NCBI RefSeq assembly: GCF_009914755.1
Contig: NC_060933.1
DNA length: 64,000 nucleotides
Source: the human T2T-CHM13v2.0 reference genome, Homo sapiens
Direction: 5' to 3' (one strand)
The first letter of the stretch is position 1, and every line of letters begins with the position of its first letter. Made by a program: the position numbers and the translations under genes. The notes under the pieces were generated by a model that saw only the letters and a list, made by a program, of their open reading frames with translations, was not told the DNA's origin and searched no databases. Positions 1 to 20,129 of this stretch are shown here, in pieces.

Positions 1-461
1 AAATCAGTCTTTTGTCCAATCAAAGTTGTCGTTACGGCTTGTGGAAGGGGAGGTCAGTCAGCCAGCATTAAGCGGTTGGTGGAGCTGCAATTGTTTTAAT
101 ATTGCTTATCTTGAGGCCAGTGCTTGTTCAGCTGCCAGAGAAAAAGAAAAACCTTGTGGCAGTTAGAACATAGTTTATTCTTTCAAGGGACTTAACTCCT
201 GCCCGGCGTAGCCTTAAGTCTCGTTTATAAGTTTGTATCTTATTGCCGCAGAGTCCGTTGCCTCAATCTTGTGACCTCTATTTTAACATTAATGCTGGTC
301 ATTTTGTGTCTAAACCACAAAAGGAAGGAGGTATAATGAGGCATGTCCTACCTCCTGTCCCATCATGGCCTGAACCTTTTAAGGTTTCTCTGGGATTCCC
401 TTGGCCAAGAAGGGGGTCCGTTCAGCTGGTTGGGGGTGCTTAGGATTTTATTTGTAGTCTC
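1..461 (-). mobile_element. ERV1 (MER4-group, MER31/MER39-like) LTR, truncated by the window edge
   Basis: Reverse complement of 400-461 resembles the MER4-group LTR start (aaataaaatcctaagcacccccaaccagctgaacggacccccttcttggccaaggg); subfamily assigned from memory. Confidence 0.6.
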
Positions 462-2891
462 AGTGAAAAATCTCTACGGTCAGTCACACCTTTCTCTCCA
501 TCATTCTCTGAGCTCCCGTCCCACTTGGTCTTCTTTCAAGTCTTCAAATGCGCCATCTGCATTCCCACCCCCAGGCCTTTCCGCGTGCCATTATTCCCAC
601 CTGACACACTTTCCCCCACACTTTTGTTTAGTTAATTCTGACTCTCCCTGCGGGCTTTATGAAAAAAAAAAAAAAAAAAGGACCATGGCTTGTTCACTGT
701 TGTATTCCAAGCTCTTAAACTTAAGCCCAGAACATAGTAGAATATAATAAATGCTACTTACATGAACTAAAGAACATTTTGCTAACGTAAAGGACAAGTT
801 AGCCAGGTTGCAGCTTCCCACCCCATAGTCATTTATTCCCCACAGCCTGAGCCACTTAGCCATCCATTCTGATCTCTTGGAGAGTAGTTCTCAATCCTAG
901 ATGGACATTACAAGTAGTTTTTAATCCTCACAGCTTTTAAGAATCGCCTAAGCCTGGGCCTGTCTCCAAGAGTTACTTTCCTGAGCGCTTACTCCATGCT
1001 GAGCCCTGGCCTCAGGTTGCTGTTAGTCTAGGACAGCATCAGACACAATCGTCTGTTTCCTTACGTCAGATTCATACTACTATATACACATCTCAAAGAT
1101 GCACAAGGGAAAGAGTACTCCTGTCGCAGAGGCAGGAAGGCTTCCTGCAGATAGTAGTATTTGAGCTTGTTTTGCAACAAACAGTACCAGGTAGACAAGG
1201 AAGGGGCAAGACATTTCAGGCAAGAGGACCACTGTGACATATTAGGAGAATCGCAAGAAGAATGTGGGTTTGTGCAGAAGGGTTTCAAAGATTCTAGTGC
1301 ATAGTAATAAGTAAATACATACAAGACAGAGTCCTAAAGAATGGATGAGGAAGGTGAGCCAGAAGGATTCCTGTCACTGAGGAATATGATTGTCTTCCCC
1401 ACACAGAGCCTGGGGACCCACTCAGCCAAATTTCTCCAACCTCCCCAGGCACCAAAATGTGAGTCATCCCGGCATTCCCCTGCCACCATCTGTCACAAGG
1501 TCCCCAAAGGATGTGGAGAGAGTCTCCATGGACTCTGGGACAGTGGAAAGGGAAGGAGGAGGCAGGAAGAAAACAGAAAGAGCCATTCCCTCAGGGGCTA
1601 CAAAGACTATAAGTCCCCCTGTTACTACCTCTGGACTAGGGCATGTCCCTGCTACCTCCCCCTGCCAGTCTCATGCCACAGGCTGCACTGAAGCTGCTCT
1701 GCTGAAAGAACTCCCCACCCACCTCCACTATTTAGGTATGTCCTAACAATCCAATAACCACATGCCTTTGCAATGACAGCAGCTGCTGTCTGAACCAAGA
1801 CATATTAAATGTCTGTGTCCTGGGGAGGATGACCTAAGGACTTGGGCTTGTTAAGAAAAGGGCAAGCCACATATTGAGAAATGCCAGGAGGCCAGCCCCA
1901 CCGGACTCAAATGCGTTCATGAGTAGAGTGGGGCCTGGAGAGCAGAGGATAAGTCAAGACAGAGTTCAGCAGAAAGCTAGCAGGAAGAGGCTAAGGAACC
2001 CTCCAGAAAGCTGAAATCCTAAGATATCAAAGCTGGAAATACTGTCCAATATCACCTAGGGTCTTACCATGCAAGCGGTGCCCAGGCTGCAGCATCAACA
2101 AACACCTAGGAGTTTGTTAGAAATGCAGAATTTTCAGAGCAGTCCTGAGGCAGGCACTGCATTTAAATACTATCTCCAGCTGATTCCTATGCACCCTAAA
2201 GGTTGGGAAGCACTGCTTGAGGGTCCCAAATCAGCTGCATATCAGAATCACCTGGAACATTTTTTTTCCAACTACAGATTTCCAAGCCCCACTCTGCATC
2301 AATTGTTTAGGATATCTGGGCACTGTGTGTAGCAATCTATTTTTTCACAAAGCTCCAGTAGTAATTCTAATGACACCAGTCCGCACAGTAGAGTGGAAAC
2401 TGCTTATCAGTCCAAACTGCTCAATCTAAAGATGAGGAAAGATGGTGGCAACCGAGGAAAGACAGTGGCAACAACTAGCTTGGTAATCTGTTAAGAGACC
2501 TAATCAGGGTTTCCACGTAGAGAGCATTTAAGACAAGAACTTGATTTGGAGCTGAGACATCTGAGTTCAAGCCCCAACTCTACTCCTTCATAACTACTAT
2601 GTCTCTTGGGACAAATCTCTTCTCTTCTTTCTTTGGAACTCAGGTTTCTTACCTTCAAGGACAGATACTCCTAACCAGGGAAGGAAAGGGACAGGCAGCT
2701 GGAGCTGAGGTCAGAAGAACCACGTGGGAATCCCAGCCATGCCACCCACCAGCTGCACCACCAAGTGAAAATGCTTAAGAGGCAGCAGCAGCCGGGGGAG
2801 AAATGAAGGCTAGAAGCCAACATACATTGATCCTGACTGGGCCAGGCTGTACTCCATAAATTTTGTAGGAGATAGAAAATCAGGCACATGT

Positions 2892-3170
<279 letters not shown>

Positions 3171-3205
3171 AAAGGAAGGAGTGGAGGGGAGGGGAGGGGA
3201 GGGGA

Positions 3206-3304
3206 GTCCTGGTTTGCTTGGGACTGTTCCAGCTTTAGCCCTGAAAGCCCTTTGTCCCAGGAAACTCCTCAGTTCCAGGCAAACTGGGACTGTCGGTCAC
3301 CATA
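3206..3304 (+). mobile_element. MER81-like hAT MITE fragment
   Basis: gtcctggtttgcttgggactgttcc...ggcaaactgggactgtcggtcacc; internal inverted symmetry typical of MER81. Confidence 0.6.
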
Positions 3305-3779
3305 AGTTAGGATAATTCTTCCTTCCCCAGGAATGTGAAGAGCATGCTCAGTGGAAGCCTGTGTTGAGACTGCTTCTGTAGCTGAAGAAAGGTTTTGCCT
3401 TTATGTGCCTGATTTCCTTCCTTCCTGCCTGCCTTCCTTCCTTATTTCCTTCCTTCCTTCCTTCTCCCTTCCATTCCCTTCGACTGTTGGTCACTCTGAT
3501 CCTAGAGGTGAGGGTGGGCGGGCTGAAGTCTCTCTGTTGCAGAATGGAATGCACTTCAGCCAGTTCTAGTGAGTATATAAGGGAACGACCTTCATCATTC
3601 CACAAGAATTCACTGAGCACCTATGATGTGCCAGGTGCTTGGCAATAACAGTAACAGAGATACTGCCTCCACCTTCACAGAGCTTACAGCTGAGAGGAGG
3701 ATATGCCTCACAATTTTACCATGATGTCGAACTCTGAGGAACCTTCAGCCTATTCTTTCTGCTGAATTTTTTGGTGAAA

Positions 3780-5000
<1,221 letters not shown>

Positions 5001-5597
5001 AAATAACAAAAAGAGAGCAAAGTAGAAAACACTAACTTCTAACGATGTACTCATATTTATTATTAACATTAAATTTAATTTTTAAAGATTTTTTTCATTG
5101 GGAAATGTTATGAAAAACTCAGGATTGAAATAGGGGAGTTTGAATTGCAGAGAAGACATGCACCTAACCAAAGGATAACAAAGATGCTTCACCTCTCCTA
5201 CAAACCCCAGCCCTCAGGCAGTGACTTCCACAAGCACTGAGATAAGAAGGATTCTAAGGCTAGTCCGAGTTCAGTAAGAATGAGTAGCACGACTGACTAG
5301 CCATGTCTGCCTTGCTCACAGGATGGGGTCATAGCATCATCTTTAATACAAACTCCATCTCTCTCCTAATGGCTCCAACCAATGAGACTGTGTTATAACC
5401 ACTCCATTTGATGGCAGCCTATGTTCGACTGCAGAATCCAACTTATTTTAAGAGTGAATACCTCTTGGGGTGGTGAATGCATGAAACTAAAGTGATACTG
5501 TGGCAGAAAACATCACAAGTCCCTTAATATTAAGCCAAAGTAGATTGCAATGGCTGGGTATAGATTCACAGAGAAGACACAAATTAAATCGGGCTTA

Positions 5598-5915
<318 letters not shown>

Positions 5916-5943
5916 GTGTTAGCTAGGAACTTGAATAGGGGAA

Positions 5944-6644
<701 letters not shown>

Positions 6645-8889
6645 GGGAAGAAGAGGAAAAAAGGGATTCTAGACAGGGGAAATAATTTCAAAAGATAGTA
6701 ATAAGTAGGCCTAGCATCAAAGACAGGGGAGAAGAGTGAATAATAAGGAGATAGGACTAGGGCAAAGGCTTGCATAGAAGAAACAATATTAGAAAACTGT
6801 TTTTGTGGAGACCCTTGGCAAAGTGTTTGGAGTTATCTAATGCACAGTCAGAGTAAAATGCTTAGACAAGGCTTGAGAAGCACAGTGGAGAGGGGAAGAT
6901 GTGGTCAGCATGGAGACCAGCTGGGAAGCTCACTCATGATCACATGAGTGGGGCTTGGACCAGGGACATGGCAGTCCTTGGAGTGAAGTGGACCAGCACA
7001 AGGGTACTGCAGAGGCACAACAGGTGGGCGGCCCACTGTTGGGCCAAAAGGAGAGGGTGGGAACAAAGGGAGAGGGTGGGAACAATCACCCTCAAAAGTA
7101 AAAGATGCTTCTCTGGGCTTGGATTTCTTCATCTATGAGTAGATATAAAAGTATCTGCTTCATAAGGATGTGATAGGTATCAAATGAGATTGTTCATGCA
7201 ATCATCAATCAATCAATGGCCTACCAATCACTCCATTGATTGGCATCATATGCCATTCAGTAAGCTGAGGAGAAAGAGAGAAATGTGTTCCTCTCCTTCA
7301 GATCATATATATGTTAGTTTGTAATTGTATGTGTGTGGTTATTTGATTGAGAGCTCTCTCTTCCCACCAGCCTGAAAGTTCTGTGAGAGCAGTAACAGAT
7401 GTGTTATAGTGACATCTGTATCCCTTGTGCTCATAGAGTGCCTGTCCCATAACAGGTAGTTAAAAAATGCTTGTTGAGTATATAATTAAAAATGGATTGA
7501 TATTTAAGTGATTGATAGATTGATAAATACATACATACATACATGCATACATAAATATATACATAGACAGACTTCATAAGCTTTAATCCCAGGGACTGAA
7601 AGATAAATACGGAGTCAGACAGAAGTAGGAATGTTGGAAGGATTTGAAAAGACAAGAGAGTCAACTAGAGGCAACCGGGAACCTAAAAGTGCAGGAACCT
7701 GAAGTTTTCCAGATCCTTTCTAGCACTGATTAGCACCGAAGAGCAAACGCAGAAGTTGCTCCTTATGAAAACCTGAGTCCTCCTCTTTTATTAGCAAGTC
7801 CCACACTGACGTACACAACCCTAGAACGTCAATATTGCTCCTCCTGGGTAGTGAGGCGAGAGAGAGAGACGTTAATGGAGAATTAATTCTATGTTTTGTG
7901 TGTGCAAACACACACACTCCACAATACCTACTTAACTGAAGTTTGTGGGTACTTGTACCCAAAACATTCAAAGTACCTTAAAAGTCCTGAAGTCTCGTTG
8001 TCCCTATTTTACAGATGGAGAAATGGAGAGGCACTCAAAGCACCTCTGCTCCTCACTCGGTAAAGGTGAGTTGCATTTGCTTTCCATGTGGACAGACTGA
8101 AATACAAAGGGGTTGGCCACCCACTGGGTTCTGTGTGCAGAACTTCGGCCAGGTAGCAGACTTCATTCTTGGAGAACAGGTAGTTGAGTAGAACTGGAAC
8201 TCCCTGTTTCTGTACCCCTGGAAGCTGTCTGACCTCCACCAGTGACACACCAAGGAGAAGGAGGAAGATACCTAAAATCCTGTATGCCTATGGACAGAGG
8301 GGTGAATTAAGCACAGTCCCAGATCTTAAGATGCTTGATCAGGTGAGAGGAGATAAGCATGTAGGTAATTATACAACAATGGAATAATGATATGATGCAG
8401 AGAGACTGGTGAGTGGAGTTCCAGCATGAGAGGATGGGCAGTTGGGTGCTCAGATAAAGATGACCCCTAAGCTGAATCTTAAAAGATAAGAAGGATCAGC
8501 TCTGACATAGCAGGGGGCAAAGGCCATGGAATCCTCTGAAATGCCCTCAGGTCTTTTAGCTGGAGCCCCATCTCTGTTTGGAGCAGACAGCAGTATGTCT
8601 TATATACACATACATTAAAAAAACATATGTTATGAGTTTTTTCATCAATCTGTATATTTTTTCTGAAAATTATGTTTTGATCTCAATATGTTCTTGAGAT
8701 TTCTCTATATTGTTATATAGAGGTTGACTCCATTCCTGTTTAACTCCCATGAGCCTACTGATAAACATTTAGGTTTGACTAACATTTATTTAGCCATTAC
8801 AAATAGTCCAGGAATGCATGCTCCCTTGTCTCCTTCTGTATACATGAGAGGGTTTTCAAAAGTAAACACCAAGTAGTGGAATTACCAGG

Positions 8890-9271
8890 TGCTATGGACT
8901 GAATGTTTACATCCCCAAAAAATTCATGTTGAAATTCTAACCCCCAATATGATGGTATTTGGAGAAGGAGCCTTTGGGAGGTAATTAGGTCTAAAACTAT
9001 TTAGGTCATTATGGTGGCATCTATGATAATGGGATTGGTACCCTTATAAGAAACCAGAGAGCTTTCTCTGTCTCTCTGTCCCCAACCTGTGACAATACAG
9101 TAGGAAGGTGGCCATCTACAAGCCAGAAGGAGGGCTCTCACTAGAACCCAACCATGCTGACATGCTAACCACAGACTTCCCAGTTTCCAGGACCATGATA
9201 AATAAATGTCTGTTGTTTAAGCCACCCAGTCTATTGGCATTTTGTTATAGCAAACTGAGTAGCTTAAGACA
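8890..9271 (+). mobile_element. MLT1A-type MaLR LTR
   Basis: tgctatggactgaatgttt...tgtttaagccacccagtcta...ttaagaca. Confidence 0.8.
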
Positions 9272-9861
9272 CTGGGGCGTGCACAGTGGTCGGAAATGTC
9301 CCAGTTTACATTTCCACAAGCACAACCTCACCAACGTGATATTGTCAAAATTTTTCATCCAATTTGTGCTTTGTAGGAGATTTTCACCATCCTCACTGGG
9401 CACAGGTAAGTCCCAAACATCTAAACTTCTCTTAAAAGGAGGGGAAGAAGAATTTATTCAGCTCCGGGCCCCTTCCTGCACACCTATTGCCTCTTAAAAA
9501 CCTCCACAGAGATATTATGATTCCTACTTTGCAAGGAGAAAACCAAAGTTAAGGGAGGTGAAGTGACTTGCCTGAAGTTACACACCAGAAAGTTGTGGAA
9601 CTAGGACTCAAAAGCAAGTGTTCATGCTGCTAATGTCTGTACTCTTGTTCACTGTGTTATGGACTCAACTAACATTTTTTGAGCTCTGATTATATACCTC
9701 ACCCTGGAGATACAAAAATGAATTATGGGGCATTCTTAGCACACAGTAATGCTCAATAAAACTTTGTTGAATGAATATTGAATCAAGGAGCTCAAAGTTC
9801 ACAGGAGACACACATGTAAAAGATATTTGCAATAGAATGGTGAAGCAGCATGAGAGAGGTA

Positions 9862-10568
<707 letters not shown>

Positions 10569-11319
10569 TATGCTCCAGTGCAGCAGGCCACAGACAAGAA
10601 AAATGTTTAGTTTTAAGGGACAGATCAGGGAAGGCTTCACACTGGAGAAACTTTTTACCAAACACAAAAGGAGGAAATGGGTTCCAGGCAAAGAGGACAA
10701 ATGCAAGGCACAGGAGTGTGAAGCAACATTGCATTTTCTGGGAATTATACTACTTTTGATTGCCATAAAGTTGCTTCCTTCCAGTTTGGAGCCAGAGCAT
10801 CCAGTTCAATTTATTTCCATTCGCAGGGCCTTTGTTAAATGCCTGCGTGTGCTAGGCCCTGTGTGAGAAGCTTTACATGCATTATCTCATCGAATCCTTG
10901 CAGCTTTCCCCCATTATCCAGATGAGAACATTGAGGCTCAGAGAGGCCAAGAATTCAGCTCAGGAATATATTCACATTTTCTGTTCTTTCTACTCCCCAC
11001 TGTTTTCGCAAGATACCAGGCTACTCCTTTCTCCGATCTTACTCCAAAGGAAAGATGTCCCTACTAGCAAACCTCAAAAGCCATGGCCAGGTGCCCGTTG
11101 GATCTGAAGATTATTTCTGCTCATTCCACTGTCTCTTTTCTTACCTGGAAAACTGGAGAGGAGAATGCATATAGAGTCACAAAGTTTTCAATCATTGGCT
11201 GGACACTAAATATCATCCCATTCATTCATTTAACAAATCTTTTTTGAGCACCAGCTATGTGCTAGGCAATGCTCTCAGTGCTGTAGACACAAAAGTGAAT
11301 AAGAGGGACAAGACCCCTG

Positions 11320-12136
<817 letters not shown>

Positions 12137-12286
12137 TCAAGGTCACAGCAATTTTGTTGCACAGGTGAGCTGAAACCCAAGCCTACCTAACTCCCAGTAC
12201 AGGATGCTTTCTTCTCCCTGGCCATGGCCTTGCCATTGCTCTTATCTCCCTCCTGCTTTGCCTCTTCTCAGTCTCTGTCCAGTAGG

Positions 12287-13249
12287 ATGAACTCAGAGAA
12301 CCTCACCCGGGCCGCGGTTGCCCCTGCTGAATTCGTCCTCCTGGGCATCACAAATCGCTGGGACCTGCGTGTGGCCCTCTTCCTGACCTGCCTGCCTGTC
12401 TACCTGGTGAGCCTGCTGGGAAACATGGGCATGGCGCTGCTGATCCGCATGGATGCCCGGCTCCACACACCTATGTACTTCTTCCTGGCCAACCTCTCCC
12501 TGCTGGATGCCTGCTATTCCTCCGCCATCGGCCCCAAGATGCTAGTGGACCTGCTGCTGCCCCGAGCCACCATCCCTTACACAGCCTGTGCCCTCCAGAT
12601 GTTTGTCTTTGCAGGTCTGGCTGATACTGAGTGTTGCTTGCTGGCAGCCATGGCCTATGACCGCTACGTGGCCATCAGAAACCCACTTCTCTATACAACA
12701 GCTATGTCGCAGCGTCTATGCCTGGCCTTGCTGGGAGCATCAGGCCTGGGTGGGGCAGTGAGTGCCTTTGTTCACACAACCCTCACCTTCCGCCTGAGCT
12801 TCTGCCGCTCCCGGAAGATCAATAGCTTCTTCTGCGATATCCCTCCACTGCTGGCCATCTCGTGCAGTGACACCAGTCTCAATGAACTCCTTCTCTTCGC
12901 CATCTGTGGCTTCATCCAGACAGCCACGGTGTTAGCTATCACGGTGTCTTATGGCTTCATCGCTGGGGCTGTGATCCACATGCGCTCGGTCGAGGGCAGT
13001 CGGCGAGCAGCCTCCACCGGTGGTTCCCACCTCACAGCCGTGGCCATGATGTACGGGACACTCATTTTCATGTACCTGCGCCCCAGCTCCAGCTATGCCC
13101 TGGACACTGACAAGATGGCCTCTGTGTTCTATACCCTGGTCATCCCGTCTCTCAACCCACTCATCTACAGCCTCCGCAATAAGGAGGTCAAGGAGGCCCT
13201 CAGGCAGACCTGGAGCCGATTCCACTGTCCAGGGCAGGGGTCCCAGTGA
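12287..13249 (+). CDS. OR5C1: Olfactory receptor 5C1, single coding exon, 320 aa
   Basis: Intact 7TM ORF with OR motifs [37 protein letters not shown] and N-glycosylation site NLT; start MNSENLT (ATG 12287) follows a polypyrimidine-AG acceptor at 12270-12271. Confidence 0.95.
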   Translation: MNSENLTRAAVAPAEFVLLGITNRWDLRVALFLTCLPVYLVSLLGNMGMALLIRMDARLHTPMYFFLANLSLLDACYSSAIGPKMLVDLLLPRATIPYTACALQMFVFAGLADTECCLLAAMAYDRYVAIRNPLLYTTAMSQRLCLALLGASGLGGAVSAFVHTTLTFRLSFCRSRKINSFFCDIPPLLAISCSDTSLNELLLFAICGFIQTATVLAITVSYGFIAGAVIHMRSVEGSRRAASTGGSHLTAVAMMYGTLIFMYLRPSSSYALDTDKMASVFYTLVIPSLNPLIYSLRNKEVKEALRQTWSRFHCPGQGSQ

Positions 13250-13529
13250 TTGGTCCAGGGAGGCTGGGTAGGTCTGACTATGAGGGGATGAGGAAGGTCG
13301 GGGCCTCTTTCTGGCCCCGTCACTGTCGGTAAAGATGGGATGTTCCTCTGGCTTGGATGTCTCATGTCATTGTTTAAGGGACAGTAAAGAGGGAAATGAA
13401 AGCTTATAGCAGGGAGAAAAAGATTTGGGGTTCATCTAGGGCTAGACCTAGAGCCAGACGCTAGACCAGGCTAATGTTTCTGTTGCACTGCCTCAGGTTC
13501 TTCAACATTCAAAACATTCTTCAATATTC

Positions 13530-14510
<981 letters not shown>

Positions 14511-14859
14511 TAGTAGTAATATAAAAGTTCCTAGATGTTACCAGGTAAAGGAATACAGGCTTATTTGCCACCTGTACTTACAAGAGGCTAATCCCCAGAA
14601 GCACCAAGTGAGAGCTATGTTAGTTCCAAGTGTTCCTAGATTCTTGACCTTTTAAGCTTCTTCATGGCCAGTGTGTCTGCGCCTGCCCTCCTCAGCCCAG
14701 GAGAACATCTTCAGGATCCACTTAGACCAAAGCATGGGACGGAATCTGAAGAGGGAAACATCTGTCCCCTATGGCCCATGTATTCCACGTCTCAGGAAAA
14801 TGGCTTAATAGCTAGAACATGCACAAGTCACTTTTAAACTCCCAACAGCTGGATTTGAA

Positions 14860-15900
<1,041 letters not shown>

Positions 15901-16546
15901 ATGCCATAACCCTGACCTCTTGGGCAACAGTAACTACACTGCCCCAAGCCTTGAGTCATGGAGGACCTCCGAGACCCAGTGCTCTTGGGAGTTTTATTCA
16001 CCCAGAGTTCACAATTTTGACAGATTTCTTTTGTCTCCATGACTCTTTTACACATAGGCAAGTCCTAAGGCACTGCATTCTGCCTGGGAAGCCTCTCTCT
16101 GCAGGAGCAGACAGGAGTAGACCCTGGGAGTTACAGGCAAGAGCCTCCAAGAAGAGGTGGAGCATGGCCAGATTTAAATGTCAGCTTCTACCTGATCCTC
16201 CCTCCAGTTCCCCTGATTATGGCTGAGGCAAGGCCGGGGTGGGAAAGGTATGGGACTCAAACAATGCTTCACCCAATAGGCTGCCCATGGAGTCTCTTCC
16301 TTGGGCCCTAGCCAGGGGCTGGCCTTGCCCCTCTACACTCTCCCTTCAAGGAGAAATCAACCACCTGGCGCCACTTAGACTGCAGGAAAACTGAAGGCTT
16401 CGACCTGGCTCCCTGGGAAGAAGATGCCCCTTGTTGCCAGGACCAAGACCCTCCCTCTTGGTAACTATGGCATTCTTGGAGTTCCCAGGCTAATAAAGAG
16501 AAGAATGTGGACAAGACCATCTCCTCAAATCTTAGAGAACTTTACA

Positions 16547-16989
<443 letters not shown>

Positions 16990-18152
16990 TTTCCTGTTGA
17001 AGCAGCTCTTGAGAGAAAACTTACAATGTCCCAAATTCAGCACATTCTGAAAAGACTTAGATAAAATAAAACCCCTCCTCTCATCACAAGGCTCAACCAT
17101 CCTCTCCCAGTTCCCCAACTCCTCTTGCCTCCTATCACCACAGCAAATCAGGTGCCACAACAAAAATCGGAGTCATTGTCAAAGGAGTTGGCAACCTGAG
17201 GACTGCAAATGTAAGGCTTGCCCCAAATTCAACATTTAGACTCAAAGATCTCCTCTATGGTCCTTTCTCTTTTTTGTGGGTTCTTAGGCTCTCATGACAT
17301 ACAGCAGCTGCCACAATCAGTGGAAAAGTTTCCAGACGGATAAGGCCCCTTCCATCACCTTGGCCCTACAGGATGGCCATGGCTCCTTCCACATATTTAG
17401 TATCCATGGAGCAGCCAGATACAATAATTACATAAATCCTAGAAATCAGCTGGAGGAAATACTAAGTTTCAAGCTATTATACTGGGCCTACTTGAGAGAT
17501 AGGAAAACAAACAAGAGGGAAGGGGAAAGAATTGGGAAACACTAACAGAGCCCAACCTGGAGCATGAAGAGAGATAAATCACCCCTCCTGAAGTGAGATG
17601 CCCAGAAGAATGTGCCCAATTCTGATAAAGTATTTCCCTTCAACACCACTTCCTAAAGCAGGCAGTGAGGACAGGAAGCTGGGGAAGACTGGGGCACTCA
17701 TTGCACAAAATAAGTTGGGCCCTGCAACATGGGTGGAAATTGAGGGGAAGAGGCAATTGTACCAGGGGGATGAGGGGCAAGTATATAGAAAAGCATGGAA
17801 GTAAAATAAGCTCAGCATGAGCAGAAGACTCTAAGGAGACCAATTTAACTGGCTTGAGGGGGTGTGCTGGGAAAGTAGAGGGAAGTTTAAAGATTGAAAA
17901 TTAGGGAATGAGAAGAACACTCCATGGCTTCAATATTAAGTAGGAAATTTAGACTTTATTCAAGAGGCAATAGTAAATCATTGGAAGTTTATATATTCAG
18001 AATCATTCTTTCTGGTTATTCCAACAGTGTTATGTAAAGCTATTCCCACCTGGAATGGTACATACAGGTTCAGTTCCCTCATACTGCAGTACACACACAG
18101 AAACATATACCCCTTCAATAAAGGCCTAATCTCCTATTAGAAATATTCCTTG

Positions 18153-20129
18153 CTGGAAATAAGAGAGAACACAAACAAATGGAAAAACATTCCATGCTCA
18201 TGGACAGAAAGAATCAATATTGTGAAAATGGCCATACTGCCCAAAGTAATTTATAGATTCAATGCTATTCCCATCAAGCTACCACTGACTTTCTCCACAG
18301 AATTGGAAAAAAATACTATAAATTTTATATGGAACCAAAAAAGAGCCCATATAGCCAAGACAATTCTAAGCAAAAAGAACAAAGCTGGAGGCATCACACT
18401 ACTTGACTTCAAGCTATACTACAAGGCTACAGTAACCAAAACAGCATGGTACTGGTACCAAAACAGGATACAGACCAATGGAACAGAACAGAGACCTCAG
18501 AAATAACACCACACATCTACAACCATCTGATCTTCAACAAATCTGACAAAAACAAGCAATGGGGAAAGGATTCCCTATTCAATAAATGGTGCTGGGAGAA
18601 CTGGCTAGCCATATGCAGAAAATTGAAACTGGACCCCTTCTTTACATCTTATACAAAAATTAACTGAAGATGGATTAAAGACTTAAATGTAAAACCCAAA
18701 ACCATAAAAACCCTAGAAGAAAACCTAGGCAATACCATTCAGGACATAGGCATGGGCAAAGACTTCATTATTAAAACACCAAAAGCAATTGCAACAAAAG
18801 TCAAAATTGAGAAATGGGATCTAATCAAACTAAAGAGCTTCTGCACAGTAAAAGAAACTATCATCAGAGTGAACAGGCAGCCTACAAAATGGGAGAAAAT
18901 TTTTGCAATCTACCCATCTGACAAAGGGCTAATATCCAGAATCTACAAGGAAATTAAACAAATTTACAAGAAAAAAACAAACAACCCCATCAAAAACTGG
19001 GCAAAGGATATGAACAGACACTTCTCAAAAGAAGAAATTTATGCAGCCAACAAACATATGAAAAAATGCTCATTATCACTCGTCATTACAGAAATGCAAA
19101 TCAAAACCACAATGAGACACCATCTCACACCAGTTAGAATGGCGATCATTAAAAAGTCAGGAAACGGCTGGGCATGGTGGCTCATGCCTGTAATCCCTGA
19201 CTTTGGGAGGCAAGGTGGGTGGATCATGAGGTCAGGAGTTCAAGACCAGCCTGGCCAAGATGGTGAAACCCCATCTCTACTAAAAATACAAAAATTAGCC
19301 AGGCATAGAGGTGGGGGCCTGTAATCCCAGCTACTCGGGAGGCTGAGGCAGAGAATTGCTTGAACCCGGGAGGTGGAGGTTGCAGTGAGCCAAGATCATG
19401 CCACTGCACTCCAGCCTGGGTGACAGAGTGAGACTCCATCTCAAAAAAAAAAAAAAAAGTCAGGAAACAACAGGTGCTGGCGAGGCTGTGGAGAAATAGG
19501 AACACTTTTACACTGTTGGAGGGAATGTAAATTAATTCAACCATTGTGGAAATCGGTGTGGCGATTCCTCAAGGATCTAGAACCAGAAATACCATTTGAC
19601 CCAGCAATCCCATTACTGGGTATATACCCAAAGGATTATAAATCATTCTACTATAAAGACACATGCACAAATATGTTTATTGCAGCACTATTTACAATAG
19701 CAAAGACTTGGAACCAACCCAAATGCCCATCAATGATAGACTGGATAAAGAAAATGTGGCATATATACGCCATGGAATATTATGCAGCCATAAAAAAGGA
19801 TGAGTTCATGTCCTGTGCAGGGACATGGATGAAGTTGGAAGCCATCATTCTCAGCAAACTAACTCAAGAACAGAAAACTAAACACCACATGTTCTCACTC
19901 ATAAGTGGGAGTTGAACAATGAGAACACATGGACACAGGGAGGGGAACATCACACACCAGGGCCTGTCAGGGGTTGGGGGGTAGGAGAGGGATAGCATTA
20001 GGAGAAATATCTAATGTAGATGACAGGTTGAGAGGTGCAGCAAACCGCCGTGGCACATATATACCTGCGTAACAAACCTGCACATTCTGCACATATATCC
20101 CAGAACTTAAAGTAAAATTTTTTAAAAAA
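18153..20129 (+). mobile_element. 5'-truncated L1PA element (ORF2 C-terminal part plus 3' UTR) with an internal AluS (19166-~19457)
   Basis: ORF fragments match L1 ORF2p (WKNIPCSW...[19 protein letters not shown]; DPAIPLLGIYPKDYK); TSD agaaa(t/c)attccttg at 18139-18152 and 20130-20143; Alu TSD aaaaagtcaggaaac. Confidence 0.95.

Noticed and set aside
7210-7242. 10-bp inverted repeat caatcaatgg / ccattgattg
   Set aside because: Short and derived from an (ATCA)n simple repeat; plausible by chance
12224-12286. 21-aa N-terminal extension of OR5C1 in the ORF track ([10 protein letters not shown]...)
   Set aside because: It overlaps a polypyrimidine tract and AG acceptor (12270-12271), so it is probably intronic; the ATG at 12287 gives the normal OR N-terminus with its NxT site
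16355-16378. Second CTCF-like motif (tggcgccaggtggtt on -)
   Set aside because: Mismatches at key core positions; equally explained as a plain E-box
18150-19915. ORFs of 118, 73, 190 and 123 aa as a possible gene or active RT system
   Set aside because: They are broken pieces of L1 ORF2 in a 5'-truncated element interrupted by an Alu
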